Shown: in pieces, positions 1 through 53,815 of the stretch
Numbering within the stretch: the first letter of the stretch is position 1
Layout of the letters: every line of letters begins with the position of its first letter
Assembly (NCBI GenBank): GCA_965287045.1
Contig: OZ336882.1
Location: forward strand, 55,490,001 to 55,554,000
Length of the DNA stretch: 64,000 nucleotides
DNA from: Carcharhinus amblyrhynchos
Taxonomy: Eukaryota
Reading direction: 5' to 3'
Program-made: the position numbers and the translations under genes
Notes under the pieces: generated by a model
The model's database searches: none
Told to the model about the DNA's origin: nothing
What the model saw: only the letters and a program-made list of their open reading frames with translations

Positions 1-2926
1 CAATCCAGTTTTGAACAACATTGATTCTGAACACAAAACTACCATAATTAAGCAAAATTTTACACTAAAATCTCACTACAGGGTGCTGAAGCAGGTGGTG
101 CAGGAAATGGCAATATTTATATTGGTGCAGGACAAGTGCTCTTCTGAGGCTTTGGGGGTGGGGTGGACAAAAAAATGTTTGTATTACACATAATGAGCAT
201 CTTACATCTTGTTGGGTACTTAGAATCACCAAAATAAAATTACTTTTCTTTTACTTCTTTGGGGATGTCACAATTTCAAATAGATTATCTCAATGTTCTT
301 ATATTCAACTACATGGAGTGCTAATGGGTGGAATTTTCTGCTTCATTCAACAATGGGACAATAACAGGTCCTTAATTTGGAAGGAGGCAAATAATTTATT
401 TCATGGCGCAGAACAAATTGTTGGAATTTTGCTCTTCCATCCTTCCAGGTGGATTAAAGTCGAATCGAGGCCCTTGACAAACAATATTGAGAACCCTATT
501 TGCATGCATGTGCATGTCATACATGCTCATTAAAAGGTCATCTTGTCAGAGTTAAGATTGCCTTCTAAATTATGTTCTATATTTAGCAAAGATTTAGAAC
601 ACTCAGTTTTATGACTGTATTTAAGTGTCATGCACCTGTGAGTTTCACCTTTTCCATGACTTTGAGGTCCATAGATGGGGAAAAGGGGGGAGAATGTCTG
701 CTAAAGGGGGGAATGCTGAGGGAAGGAACAGAGATGGAATGCCTTCAGGTACAGAGTCAGTAGTATCATTGTTGGGGTCCTGGGAAGAGGGGTCAGGAAA
801 CTGTCACCATCAGAGGGAGAAGTAAGTTGGATCTGTATAGTGTGCAAGGAACAATGCTTTTCACTGTATACCAATACATGTGGCAGTAATAAATCAAATC
901 AAAAGTCAGGTCCAGGGTGAGAATCTGATAGGTGAAGATCTCATTGGGTGGGTAATAGAGGGGGACAAGAGAGGTGGATCAAATAACAGAAGGGGGCAGG
1001 GTGAGAGTGGGTATGGGTATGGGGACAGGTGTTTTATGGAAGTGGATCATGGTAGGATCCAGAGTAACAGGGGGAGGTTCAAGAGTGTCAGAGGGGAGAG
1101 GAATGGTGATATTGGGTGGGTATATGCTGATAGAGAAAATTTGGTAGGTGACAAGGACAGGAGCGAGTTTGAAAATTGATCTAATGTTTCAAAACTCATC
1201 TTAAGCACCTAGTTAATTAGTCAGAGGCCCCTTTAGGTGTTAGGAGGGTCTTTTGGGGTTGATGGAGTTCAAGGTCAGCACAAGTGACTGACTAAAGGGA
1301 CACTTTAATAAATATGAGACAACTGGATGTCAAAGTGTTTTCTTGTGTTCCCTATAGTGCAGTAGATTTGCTCCCCATTCACAGATCTCACAACATCAAG
1401 ATCCCAGCAAGGTGTTCATTTGTTGCCATTTGACAATAGTTGCAATCAGCAGCAGGGATGAAGGTGAAATGCCTCCAAGGGACACGGCTGGTGGAGGATA
1501 GCCAACTCACAACAGCAAACCCCCATCCTTCTGGGTGAATGGTCATGGCTGACAAAAGATTATGCATTTAGCCTTTCTATACTGCCATGGCAATGATCTC
1601 TCAATGGAGTTTTGAGGGTAATGGAAACAAGCAGATATCTTGGAGAGAGGTTTTTTTTCATCAGCCTGGTCATACAGCAATGACTCCATACACATCTATG
1701 GAGGCTTCAATGATGTAAGCTACAGACAACTATGCTTTGGGAATGGCTCTCATCCAGATGAGGAAAAGGAGGGCCCAATGCCAATCAGGACAGAGCCATG
1801 AGGAGCAAAGGCCTGAGTAGTAGGGCCTTGAGGCTGACGAGCAGGGTCGACTGCAACAGTGAATATTGTCCCAATGGGTAGTGGTGCTCTTATCTAGAGA
1901 TGCCCTTGAATGTTCCAGGATGTGGTTGTTCACATCTGAGAGCTTCCCCAATATGAACTGCAGCAGCAAGATTTCTGGTGGAGAAGTGCAGTGCTCCTGG
2001 CCTGCAGTAAGTGAATGTCTATCCAGGTGCTGTTTACATGTGGTGCCAGGACCTTCGAACACATAGGTAACAGTGGGGTAGATGACTTCCATCTGCCCTG
2101 CCACAAAATTTGCCAAGCTCCTTGTGAATCCACAATTAATGAGTTCAAAGGTGGATGGTCAGGCATATTCACCCACGCTGCCACCCAGCAGGAATCACAC
2201 CGACTGTCTCACCCATGACTCGAAAATGTAAAATTCTCCGTCATCTATCTTGAAGAGAATCAGATAAAAGTTGCTTTTTGGATGGTTATCTGGCACTTCA
2301 GGGATTATTTGCTCTACTGCAAACAAGGCCATCAATAATATTCATTATCAATGGGATAACATCATTCCTAGCTAAAGATGCGAGGGTTAGGTTGATTGGC
2401 CATGCTAAAATTGCCCCTTAGTGTCCTAAGATGCGTAGGTTAGAGGGATTAGCAGACAAACATATAGGGATAGGGGGGTAGGGCCTGGGTAGGATTGTGG
2501 TTGGTGCAGCCTTGATGGGCCAAATGGCCTCTTTCTGCATTGTAGCTTTTCTGTGATTCTATATCTGTTAGTTGAATGAGACAGTTGGGGAAAGATAAGG
2601 TTTATGTAGCAGCCTTTCTTCTTCCATTTGCTCATAGGAATTACTGGCAAGGACAGCAATTTTTTGCTGATCCCTATTTGCCATTGAGAAGGTGCTACTT
2701 TTTGAGCCACTTCAGTTTGCAGGTACATCCATAGTACAGTACTGTTAGGTAGGGCATTCCAGAACTTTGAGGCAGAGACAATGAAGGAACAGTGATCTAT
2801 TGACAAGTCAGGATGGTGTATGACTTGGAGTCACATTTTGGTACTGCTTTGGTACAGCAAGATGCACAGGGGAAAAATACTGCCCAGGAGAGAAATCATA
2901 GTGTATATACTATAAAATACACTAAC

Positions 2927-42825
<39,899 letters not shown>

Positions 42826-42881
42826 TCCTCTTCTTTTAAGTGAAAAATCAAAGGAATTATAAACCTTTGAATTTTTGTAAC

Positions 42882-42911
42882 TCAGCTGCTCAGGGCACTC
42901 ATTGGTGACAT
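42882..42911 (-). other. uORF2 (MSPMSALSS*) in FGFR4 exon-2 leader
   Basis: ATG TCA CCA ATG AGT GCC CTG AGC AGC TGA, ending 56 nt before the main ATG. Confidence 0.6.
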
Positions 42912-42944
42912 TGGGCGATGGCTGGGCCCCCAACACGTTGTATC

Positions 42945-42965
42945 TCAGTTGTTCTGTCCACTCAT
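42945..42965 (-). other. uORF1 (MSGQNN*) in FGFR4 exon-2 leader
   Basis: ATG AGT GGA CAG AAC AAC TGA; depends on use of the 42996 acceptor. Confidence 0.6.
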
Positions 42966-45900
42966 TGGCAGAAGTTTGTGAACAGCTGACAGTCTTCTGG
43001 AAAAGAAAAGAAAATGTTCAGCTTAAAATGATCAGCTCCCTCTGTGAAAATGATACTTCCACTAAGTCTCTTGACAGCGAATGCAGCCACAAAGACTGAA
43101 ACAGTTGAGGCTCTTATCTACCAATGAATTTGTTCCTGGTAGGCTTCCAATGTGTTTACATTCAAGATGCCTGGTTTCCAGTGAAGAAGAGGGGAGGGTG
43201 AGTATGGTGGCTGGAGGAATGAGGAGGAAAAAGAAAGAGAAGGAAACTATTTATGTTATTTTGTTGCCCCTGTCTATTTCAATGGGATGAGACTTTGACT
43301 ATGAGTGAAAGACCTGAGAAGATATGAGGATTTCTCAAATCTGTTCCCTTCTCTTTTACGACAGATTTCTCCTCGAGATTGTCCTTACAAGTCTAAACAG
43401 GAGAAATTATCACTAAGCAAGTCTGACGATTTTGTTATGAGCCGTCCCTTATCTTACAAAGATGTATTCATCTCCAGCACAGCGTGTACAAAACAAAATG
43501 AAACCTCAATTACTGACCATGAGAGGTAATGTCACCTTAATTTCCCTGAGTGATAATGTGGCAAGCCAACTGTCCACTCTTTAAAGAATATTCAATTGAA
43601 ATCAATGGAATGAAGATTATAGAGTTGGCAGGTGGGGTGGGGAAATTTCAGCAACGGTCTGGGCTCCACCCTGCCAGATGACTGTTCAGACGAGAAAACT
43701 GAAATTCAACTCCTTAATTTCTCTCAGCTCCTGCCTTGCTTTTAGTCAGGGTTTTGATCATATGACAATTCATGTCATCGTTATTACACATTTAACATAC
43801 TTTGACCTCAAGAGTAAGGATGTTTGCACATTGTAACTCATGTCCTGCCCTATTGTGCACAGGTGTAACCTCTGAACATGGATAAAGAAGAATATTTGAT
43901 CCATCCATTTAGCAATGATGTTCTTCTCATCAAATCACCAGATTATGTCTTTAAGATTCTGACTGCTTTGCTTCCAGTAACTTATCTAAAAGCCATTCTA
44001 GAGATTGGACTCCTGTGGATATAAAATGGTGCAGTGATAATGTCACTGGACTAGTCATCCTAAGGCCCAGGTTAATGCTCTAGAGTATATGTTCAAATGC
44101 TACCAGAGCAGCCAGTGGAACTTGAATTCAATTAATTATGTGATGACGATCATGAAACTATTTTGATTGTCGTTAAAAATTCATAGTTCACTAATGCCTT
44201 TTAGGGAAGGAAATCTGCTATCCTTTACCTGATCTGGCCTACATGTGCTTCCACAGAAACGGGTTGGCTCTTAACTCCCCTCTGCAATATCCTAGTAAAC
44301 CCCTCCCTCCCCCTCCCACTCCCACTTATTACGGACCCAGATCAAGTGCAGCTATTCAAGAGATGCCTCACCATCACTTTCTCTAGTGCAATTAAGAATG
44401 GGCAACAACTGCTGCTGGTCTTGACTGCAAAGTCATTCTCCCATGAATTTTGTTCTAAAAGCCAACAACATTGAAATGAGCAAAATCAGCTTGTATCACT
44501 TGGAGAATTGCTTTATTGCTGTTCAGTGAGGTTGGAACTTGCTGATCAGAGTCCCCTAATTCACCTGTGAATCCTGGCATCGAAAGAAGTCTGCAACATC
44601 CGATGAATCATACCTGCATGCAATCTTCAAATCCCAAGGTGTGCCTGTGCCCTTGCATTTAGCAAACATTCATGGAGTATAGTTTGCATACTGTGACTCT
44701 AATCTTGTGGACTAACTTGGAGAATTGATTATTGCATTCAGTCAGAATATCTGGTGTCTTGTATATTAACACCACACTGTTCAATTTTACAGGTGATGGT
44801 AAAAGCCCCATTCTCACCTACACAGAGAAATAATTTGTTTTTCAACGTTTTAAATGCACACTCCTATTGATAACAGGGCACTCTTAGCCCCCTTCTGGTT
44901 TAGTGGGAAAGTACATTGCCCAATGTGACATTCAGCCACATGCACAGAGATCCCCATTTCACTGCAGGCTCTATATTCAGTTAATTCATTTCTGCGTGGG
45001 CAGCTAAAGCTAGTCCTTGGCTTTGCAGAGGAAAAATCAACCTGGATTTCCATGTCTCACCACAATCCAGCAATACTTTCTTTCAAGTCCATTCAGGTTG
45101 AATAAAGAAAGATTTTGGTTTGGCTGTGATGCTCCCCTCAGTTGAATAGCTCGCTGGAATTTATTACACTGACAAATGGGATCCAATGGATCACATGACA
45201 TTGCATCATCAGAAAATGTGGAAGGAAACTGGGAAAAAAGAAATGCTGTTGGAAAGTAAGGACTGAACAGGTGCCTAAGCTAATGCAGCTTATTAAATTA
45301 CACTAATTCCTCTTATCAACAAGGCTCTATATCATGCACAATGTTCACTCACTGAACATGGAAGTAGTTTCATGGAGGTAGTCCTAATTTAGAAAGGGAC
45401 CATCCTCTAAATCCGCCACCCCATCCCACCAACTCAAGATCAGAGAAAAAGATGCAGTATGCTTGATTAGTTTCTTTAACTTGGGAGTACAACAGCAAAC
45501 AGTTGTGAAAGCAGCCTGACTTGACTAACAGCGGGCCCTCTGTCCACTGAAAAGAGCATGTCCGTCTTCCTCTCACTCTCTCTTCCTGTTGTTTTAAAGT
45601 CAGGATCCGAAAGAGCTTTGCTCAAGACAGGGGAGTAATTCTTCTATCGTCCGCTCTCACTTGTCTGAGACATCAAGGGCCATCTGTTCATTCTGCTGTT
45701 AGCACACTATTGACAAAGAACCCTCTTACTTTCCAACATGGTTTAAAGCACAATCTCTCCATCTACCTCCTCCCCCTCCCCCTGTCCCGTTCCCCATACA
45801 CCCATTCACTAACTACAACCAACGCTTCCTGAAATCCTGAAGCTTTGGTTCTGATACGTCAACACTCGTTGTTTATCTCTTACATTTGTCATTTGTCTAG

Positions 45901-46173
45901 CATTTGTTAAGTGGACTAAGGCAGAACTCTTTTTGTCAACTTAATTGTGAAGGCTGTTCTCTTCACAATTAGACATAAAATTCACAGACCATTCTGACTC
46001 AGTTCCTTGTCATAACTGCCAGTCCCCTGTTCTGTACTCCCCTTTGTCCCTATTACAGTGATGTGTAGTTTAATTAGTAATCAGTGAATTTATTTGTAGG
46101 CTTTCCTGATAGTTTAGTAAACTTATTCGGAGAATAACACAGATCTAAAAGGTCCCACAATTCATTTTCAACT

Positions 46174-47118
46174 GGGCGGAATTTTACAACCTCTTTGCGC
46201 CCATTTTGCAGCAGGAAAATGTCATAAAATCAGGCGTAAAGCAGCTAGCAGGAACGGCACCCATTTTTGCACCTGTTGCGATTTTACAACACCCGGATTT
46301 CCGATGCAGTCAGCCTCTCACCAGAAATTGGCGAGAGGCTGATTAATTTATTGAAATGTATGCAAATGCTGTTTCGTATCTGCTTAGCGAGCCTGGTGCT
46401 CAATCGTCCGGGCTCATTTGCCTTCGTGGCCTTGCCAGGAGACGTTCTCTCCAGCGAGGAAAACACCTGCTCCCCCTGAACGAGGAACAGATGTGTTCAC
46501 CTCATCGGTGGAACTTAAGGCCATTGGGGCCTCACGAGAGGCTGACTACAAGGTGGGCTGCTCCTTGGCCAGTGTCAGACCGGCACCTGGACAATGCCCA
46601 CCGAGCACTTTGCACTGTCCACCAGACAGTGCCAAAAAGTGGGGCCAATGGGGGGGTTGTGGACTCTGGGGGTGGGCCAGTTGTGGGTGGGGAACCCCAC
46701 TGCCACTCTGCCCGCGATCAGAGGAGGAGGGAATGGGAACCGCGATCGCTCCGCATGGCGGAGGCTGCATCTCAGGCCACGGGCCCCTGTGATTGTGGGG
46801 GTGGGGTTGTTGGTTGAGGCTGCCTGCAGTAGCAGGGGCCTGACAGCTGTCTCTGTCTGTCTGTCTCTCTCTCTGTCTGTCAGACCTGTGCTAAAGTGCT
46901 TGTGCAGCATCAGAGATCTGCATATGTGCGACACCTTCCTCTATAGGCTGGCTGACAAATTAAGCCCCACCCATAGCCTCTCCAGCTAGAAACTGTCTAG
47001 CCCATCTTTTCAGAGTGCATAAGATTGGGTGTGAAACTTTGTCTGAAAAACAGAGCTGGAACGCTCCCATTTTCAGATGAGCTGGACACTTCTCATAAAA
47101 AATCTCAAAATTCTGCCC
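46174..47118. mobile_element. Harbinger-type non-autonomous element (GC/CpG-rich)
   Basis: TIRs GGGCGGAATTTT and AAAATTCTGCCC; explains the cluster of overlapping ORFs. Confidence 0.65.
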
Positions 47119-48758
47119 CATATGTCCGAGTGATGGAAAGAAAATTTTGACCAATATCAGGATTGCATCTCAGGTGAAGTTAAAGATCGTGTTGTCTGTG
47201 ATATTAATGAATTGGTACTTTCCCTCAACAAAACCAAAGAATGTCAATGCGGGGATATGAGTTTGCCCTTGCATAATGTTCTTCTTCCCATCCAACATAA
47301 ATAACATTATCCCTAACTGGCAGATTTAGTAAGTGACAAGAGATCAAACTGGTGCAGAGTGAGCAGCAGACAGACTTGGCTTGCACAGAAAGAAGATGGA
47401 ACATACAGAACAAGGCTGGCACACAAACTGAGGGAGGTAGACACAGCCTTGACTCCTACACAGTGAGAAAGGCAGATTGGTCTCATGTTAGTGAGCTGCA
47501 CAGATATAGGCAGACTGGCACTCTTAACAGAATCTTATCATCCCTGATTGCGATTGGGTGTTCCAACCCCACATGGCTCAGAGGTATGACCAATGTTACA
47601 ATTTTACCAGAAGTTGCCAATTAACAATCAGCCTCCATGCTGCAGTCCAATTAAGAACAGTTGGCAGGACATGGACACAAGGGGGGCTGAATTCAGTAGC
47701 CCAGTGGGAGGGCCTGCTGGACGTGATGGCTATCAGAAGGAGATGGCTACTGCTAAAGGAGAGCTTGAGGATGCCTCAAAATAGAAGTCCTCAAAATGAA
47801 TGAAATACCCCTCTAAGGGTTTACTGAAGTAAATGTCCAGAGCATTCATGGCCATCAGCTTGTGGGAAAACCCCTGCACAAGAATGATTTTGACTGTGGT
47901 TGTGAACACTTCAGCCTTGCAGTACTGTTATAGTGGCATGGACAGAAGCCTTAATGTCCCTCTGGCCTCCTGCTGTGAGGTCATCTCTGATACCCTGATG
48001 GACTCCTGACACTGATTTCCTGAAGGCAGGAACACATCAGGGAGCCGAATCAATGTATGGTGTTCCAAATTTCTTCATCCCACCCCCTCCCCTCCTCAGG
48101 GCCGATAAGATTCCAGTCATGGAGTAAGAAAACAGTTCTGACAGGTACACAGAAGGTACACAGGTGGACTATAACTAACTCCAGAGAGAGTTAGACTCCA
48201 GCACTGATAGTGAACAAAAGAGATAGAATTCCAGCTCATACACAAATGAAAAAGCTGCCTTGGGCTCAGGTTAGCAGTGCAGTAATATAGGTTTTACCAT
48301 GAGGATCAGCACATAAATGTAAATATACTGCTTAATACTTCTACCAAGTATTTGCAGGGAAGATATGAGTAAAGCTTTCTCCAAAGAAGACCATTGCAGG
48401 AAAGATAATCCAGAATATTACTTTAAATTTATTGAAGGATTAGTACTAGAGGATACAGCTTTAAACTAGTAAAAGGGAATTTTAGGATTAAAATCAGGAA
48501 ATTCTTCTTCACACAAGAAATGATTAAAATGTGCCATAAATGTCTTAAAGAGAACGGAGGCAAAAATGCAGGAATATGTAGGAAACAATTGGATGTTGCA
48601 ATGAGTTAATGTTAGAGTTTCTCCGGATGAATGAATTAATATGAGGAAATTATCTTCCTCATCTGTATTATTTTACGACCATTGACAACATCACATGTAA
48701 CTATATGGAAACCATCAACATCAAGCATTCGATCCACTAACTTGGTTGGCTGGTGGTG

Positions 48759-50166
48759 AGAACATAAGAACATAAGAAATAGGAGCAGGAGTAGGCCATC
48801 TAGCCCTTCGAGCCTGCCCCGCCATTCAATAAGATCATGGCTGATCTGTCGTGGCTCAGTTCCACATTCCCGCCCTCTCCCCATAACCCTTAATCCCCTC
48901 TCTTATCAGAAACCCATCAACCCGCGTCTTAAAAATATTTAGCGAGGTAGCCTCCACCACTTCAACGGGCAGAGAATTCCAGAGATTCACCACCCTTTGA
49001 GTGAAGAAGTTCCTCCTCAACTCCGTTCTAAACCGCCCCCCCTTTATCTTGAGGCTGTGCCCCCTAGTCCTACTGGCCTTTCTGAGCGGGAAGAGTCTTT
49101 CCACCTCTATCCTATCCATCCCATTCATCATCTTATACGTCTCAATGAGATCTCCCCTCATTCTTCTAAACTCTAACAAGTACAAGCCTAGTTTATTCAG
49201 CCTCTCCTCATAGCTCAATCCCCTCAACTCCGGCATCAGCCTAGTAAACCTCCTCTGCACTCCCTCCAAGGCCAAAATATCCTTGCGTAAGTACGGCGAC
49301 CAAAACTGCACACAGTACTCCAGCTGCAGCCTCACCAATGCCCTATATAGCCGCAGCAAGACCTCCCTACTTTTATATTCAATCCCCCTTGCTATGAAAG
49401 CCAGCATCCCATTCGCCTTCCTGACCACCTGCTGCACCTGCAAGCTGGGTTTTTGCGACTCATGCACAAGGATCCCGAGGTCCCTCTGCACCGTCGCCTG
49501 CTGCAGTTTTTCTCCACGTAAGTAATAATCCTTCCTACCATTATTCCTACCAAAGTGGACCACCTTGCACTTGCCAACATTAAATTCCATTTGCCAGTTC
49601 CTGGCCCATTCGCCCAGCCTATCTAGATCCTTCTGCAGACTCTCCACACCCTCCGCACAATTTGCCGTTCCTCCAATCTTGGTGTCATCAGCATATTTCG
49701 ACACCATACATTCAGTTCCCTCCTCCAGATCATCTATATAAATGGTAAATAGCTGAGGCCCCAGCACCGACCCCTGAGGCACTCCACTAGTCACCAATCG
49801 CCAATCCGAATAGCACCCATTGACCCCCACTCTCTGCCTCCTATTTGACAACCAATCCTCTATCCATGCTAACACCCTACCCCCAACTCCATGCCCCCTT
49901 ACCTTCTGCAATAACCTCTTGTGAGATACCTTGTCAAACTCCTTCTGAAAATCAAGAAAGACCACATCCACCGGCTCTCCTCTATCCACCGCCCTAGACA
50001 CATCCTCATAGAACTCCAGTAAATTTGTCAGACACGACTTCCCCTTAACGAAACCGTGCTGCGTCTGCTCTATCAAGCAATTCCCCTCAAGATGCTTCGC
50101 TATTTCCTCCTTGATGACGGATTCTAACATTTTACCTACAACAGACGTTAAACTAACCGGCCTATA
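48759..50166 (-). mobile_element. Young CR1-clade LINE, 5'-truncated, with uninterrupted C-terminal RT ORF (48856-50130)
   Basis: QHGF, LDFQK, SGVPQGSVLGP, YADD, RNFFTQRVV motifs; (TTCTTATG)n 3' tail. Confidence 0.95.
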
Positions 50167-50746
50167 GAAGCAGCCATGGAACTAAAGGAACACCAGGTTC
50201 CTCAGAAAATGGCTCAAGAAGATACATCTGTTGTATTACAAGTACCCATTCATCTTTTAGGACTAGGATTTCTCTCTGTTATCACTCCTGCCACATTGCT
50301 CCGTTGTAAAGGGATCATTCATGCAACGTAAAACAAACTAGTATGTGCCTGCCTTTTGAGCTGGATTAAAAGTCCACCAGTGTGGGTGCAAATACCAAGG
50401 TTACATGCAACCTTTAAAAACATTTAAGGAGCAGTAAGCATCAATTTTTAATCCATAGAATCAAACTTTGGTAAAATTTTGATAATTCCAAGATATTTAT
50501 AATACATTTCATAATAAACAGCAAGAGAAAAGAGTCAGCACTGATTTGTTCCCCACAGTTAGCACAATATTGCATCTCGTGTTTCTTTTTGAAGTGCTAA
50601 CGAATAAACAGCTTTTTTCTGCAAACTTCCTACCTCCCCTACTGAATATTTTCCTGAGCTGTTCTGTAGGTATGGATTAATCTCCAGTACTCAAAGTTTC
50701 CCATATCCACAAATGTACTGTACATGTCTACCTGAGGTCAGGAGAT

Positions 50747-51289
50747 ACATAAGAACTAGGAGCAGGAGTAGGCTGCTCTGCCACTCATGACTGATTTTTG
50801 TCGTGGACTCAGCTTTACTTACCCGCTCTGCTCACCGTAACCCTTCATTCCTCTACTGTTCAAAAATCTATCTATCTTTACCTTAAAAACATTCACCAGG
50901 TGGCCTCAACTGCTTTACTGGGCAGGGAATTCCACAGATTCACAATTCTTTGTGTGAAGAAGTTCCTCCTCAACTCAGTCCTAAATCTGTTCGCCCTTAT
51001 TTTGAGGCAATGCCCCCTAGTTCTAGTTTCACCCGCCAATGGAAACAATCTCCTTGCTTCTATCTTATCTATTGCCTTCATAATTTTATATGTTTTTATA
51101 AGATTTCCCCCCCCCCCCGCACCTCATTCTTCTAAATTCCAATGAATATAGTCCCAATCTGAATCTCTCCTCATAAGACAACCCTCTCAACTCTGGAATC
51201 AACCTAGTGAATCTTCTCTGCATTCCCTCTAGTGTCAGTATATCCTTCCTCAAGTAAGGAGGCCAGAACTGTACACAGTACTCCAGGTG
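50747..51289 (-). mobile_element. Older CR1 LINE 3' fragment
   Basis: RTELRRNFFTQRIVNLWNSLP, diverged and frameshifted. Confidence 0.88.
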
Positions 51290-51769
51290 CTGGAGTAATT
51301 TACAGCAGGAACTCTAAGATTTTCCTTTTCTTAATCCAGGGATGCTGAAGATAAATGCTATCTATTGGCCTATCGGAGATAAGGAATCAAAACTGTAACA
51401 TTCCTAGTGTGCATGTACACTACATTAATGAACTGAGCCACTGACAGAGCCCCTTCAATTATTTTAAGTGAAAGTATTCTAGGTTTGGGCATGGAGATTG
51501 TAATTCGTGGTTTGCACAAACCTCATGATGTGAGGGAATGCACCAGTTTTTAACAGTGCACTCCTAATCTTCTGACCTTCTACAAAATTGTTTATCCAAC
51601 ATATTGGCCAATTTTGTTTAGTACTTTGAGATCTAATCAGTTACATAGGCTTGCAGAATTTCTGTTACACTTCAGAACAGCAGGTCAGTGAGTTTGGATA
51701 CATTTTTTAGTAAATTTTGTGCTTTCTTGTAAAACCATGAATTCATAATACCTCTGCTTTGATTATTTA

Positions 51770-51984
51770 TGATGTGGATGTGCCGGCGTTGGACTGGGGT
51801 AAACACAGTAAAAAGTCTGACAACACCAGGTTTTAGTCCAACTGATTTATTTGATAGTAAACGCACAAGCTTTCGGGTTAGTCCCTTCGTCAGGTGAATG
51901 ATGAAGGGACTAACCCGAAAGCTTGTGCATTTACTATCAAATAAATCAGTTGGACTAAAACCTGGTGTTGTCAGACTTTTTACT
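51770..51984. mobile_element. Penelope-like fold-back insertion with hammerhead motif (same family)
   Basis: 86-bp inverted arms (51807-51892 and 51899-51984), 6-nt loop, TSD TGATTATTTA; minus strand has CACCTGACGAAGGGACTAACCCGAAAGCTTGTG. Confidence 0.8.
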
Positions 51985-53815
51985 TGATTATTTACTACAG
52001 TGGATTAATTTAGGAACAGTGTAAAATAACCTTGCAAGGAACAACACCTCCTATTACGATCACTTATGTACACATTGATAAGAGGCTCTACTATTCTTTC
52101 CTCTCCACTGGAGGCGTCTTTAAATAGTAATTAATATGCATTGAAAAAAACATCATTCATGCTTTCAGCACGTACTGGCTGGTGCCTACTGGGATCTGAT
52201 GAGGACTATCTATTTCCTCTAAGGAAGCTACTTTTCTCTAAGTAGTCTGAATGAGGGGTTGACCCTTTTGATTTATAACATTTCCTCAGTGAATTCGAAA
52301 AGATCAAATCTCATTAAATTAATTCTGACCGTATGTATTTCCTTATCAGTGCAAGGCAATGACTTCTAGAAAACTATTGCAGGAGATCCTGAGCATGGGA
52401 GTAAGACTCAATCTGAGAACGCATTTAAAACTCTCCAGCAGAAAACAGCATACTTTGTTCTCACTATAACAGTGAGTCATCTAAAAGAGTGAGACTTGTC
52501 TTTTTGAGTTGGTGTTTGAATGGGTAAGACAATAAATGTATATGCAAGCTGGTGATTGTTAGCCTGTGTATATGCTTGTAGAGGAGGTTTCATGCAGGTG
52601 ATAGGTGTATATAACAATATCCCTGTTTTTAATAATGAGACCCATTCGGAAATGGGTTAGAAGAACTTACAATATGATAAAAATTAACCAGGTGATATCT
52701 GTAGACAGGAATCTGCCTCCAGGAAGTGTTAAATGTGTAAAATTATAATAAAGGCACATAAGTCTAGCTTTCCCCCACCCTGGAAAGTGTCTGTGAATTA
52801 TATCTTTCTGATACAAGCCCTAACAACAGCAGCAGCCTGGCTTAGAATGTGTCGTTTCACATCAAAACCCTTCAAGCAAAAGGACTGGATTGGAACTAAT
52901 TTTACAGTGTAAAACATTGCAAGTTCATCTCAGTTAACATTGTGTAGTAGAACGAATCAATGAAAAGGTCTGGTAGAAAAATTACAAATAAATTCTTACA
53001 GCTGATTACACTCTTCTTGAAAGATTAATTTTGATGACAGTCAGGTGAGCGATTTTGTTCTGTTTGGAGGGGCTTTTAGTTATATCATATTTAATTCCCA
53101 AGGATGATTTGACAAATTGTTCCACAGAATCAAATGTAATTCAATGTAAAATGTCACAGCAGCCAGAATCCTGAGTGCGGCATCTCTTCAGGATTCTAAT
53201 TATTATTTTTGTTTCTTAATTTGTTCTATACCATTCACTAACTATAATGAAGGAAAACAGTGTGTCTCACCACATTCATTATTTTGATCTTGAATCTTCA
53301 GTGACAATAAGTAATGAATAAAACACTTGCTACATATAGAGGAAGGAATTAAGCAGACTTCTCAGGTGTGAACCTACCACTTCAATATTTGTATGACTGT
53401 CCCAAACCAGATAATGCTGACATAATATTAATAAATATACCCCATGCAGCAGCTTAATACAAAGAAGAATTAATTAACAGAATGGCCTGCCTTCCCTGAA
53501 ATGAGAATTTAAAAGAAATTAACAGGAAAAGTCGGGGGGGGGGTGGTGGGGGGTGAAATTATAGGGTTATTGAATCACTCACTGAAGCACACGGGGAAAT
53601 CTTTTGATTTCCCATATGGCCAGTCCACCCGTGAGGATTATATACCCTCAGCACAGTTGGCTGGTCACAATCTGTTGCAGAAGAATGTACATTCTGGTGT
53701 TTATCACAAGCAATCAGAAGGCTTCTGTCCACACACATTTATATACATTAAACACACACAAGACCCACATACGTGTCTACCATCACCATTGCTTGTTTAC
53801 TGCTAAGAGACTTAC

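Noticed and set aside
1400-2340. Possible decayed transposon coding sequence
   Set aside because: No motif could be assigned with confidence.
1-2926. FGFR4 terminal coding exon (YLDL...)
   Set aside because: No matching minus-strand sequence found by eye; it probably lies outside the window.
46267-46989. Cluster of overlapping 60-153 aa ORFs
   Set aside because: GC-rich interior of a TIR-bounded MITE with no recognisable domain.
49001-49525. Recurrent plus-strand ORFs MKKFLLNSV... (also at 8751 and 16723)
   Set aside because: Antisense shadows of the CR1 RT ORF.
53533-53553. G-run with G-quadruplex potential
   Set aside because: Simple homopolymer-like tract with no independent evidence of function.
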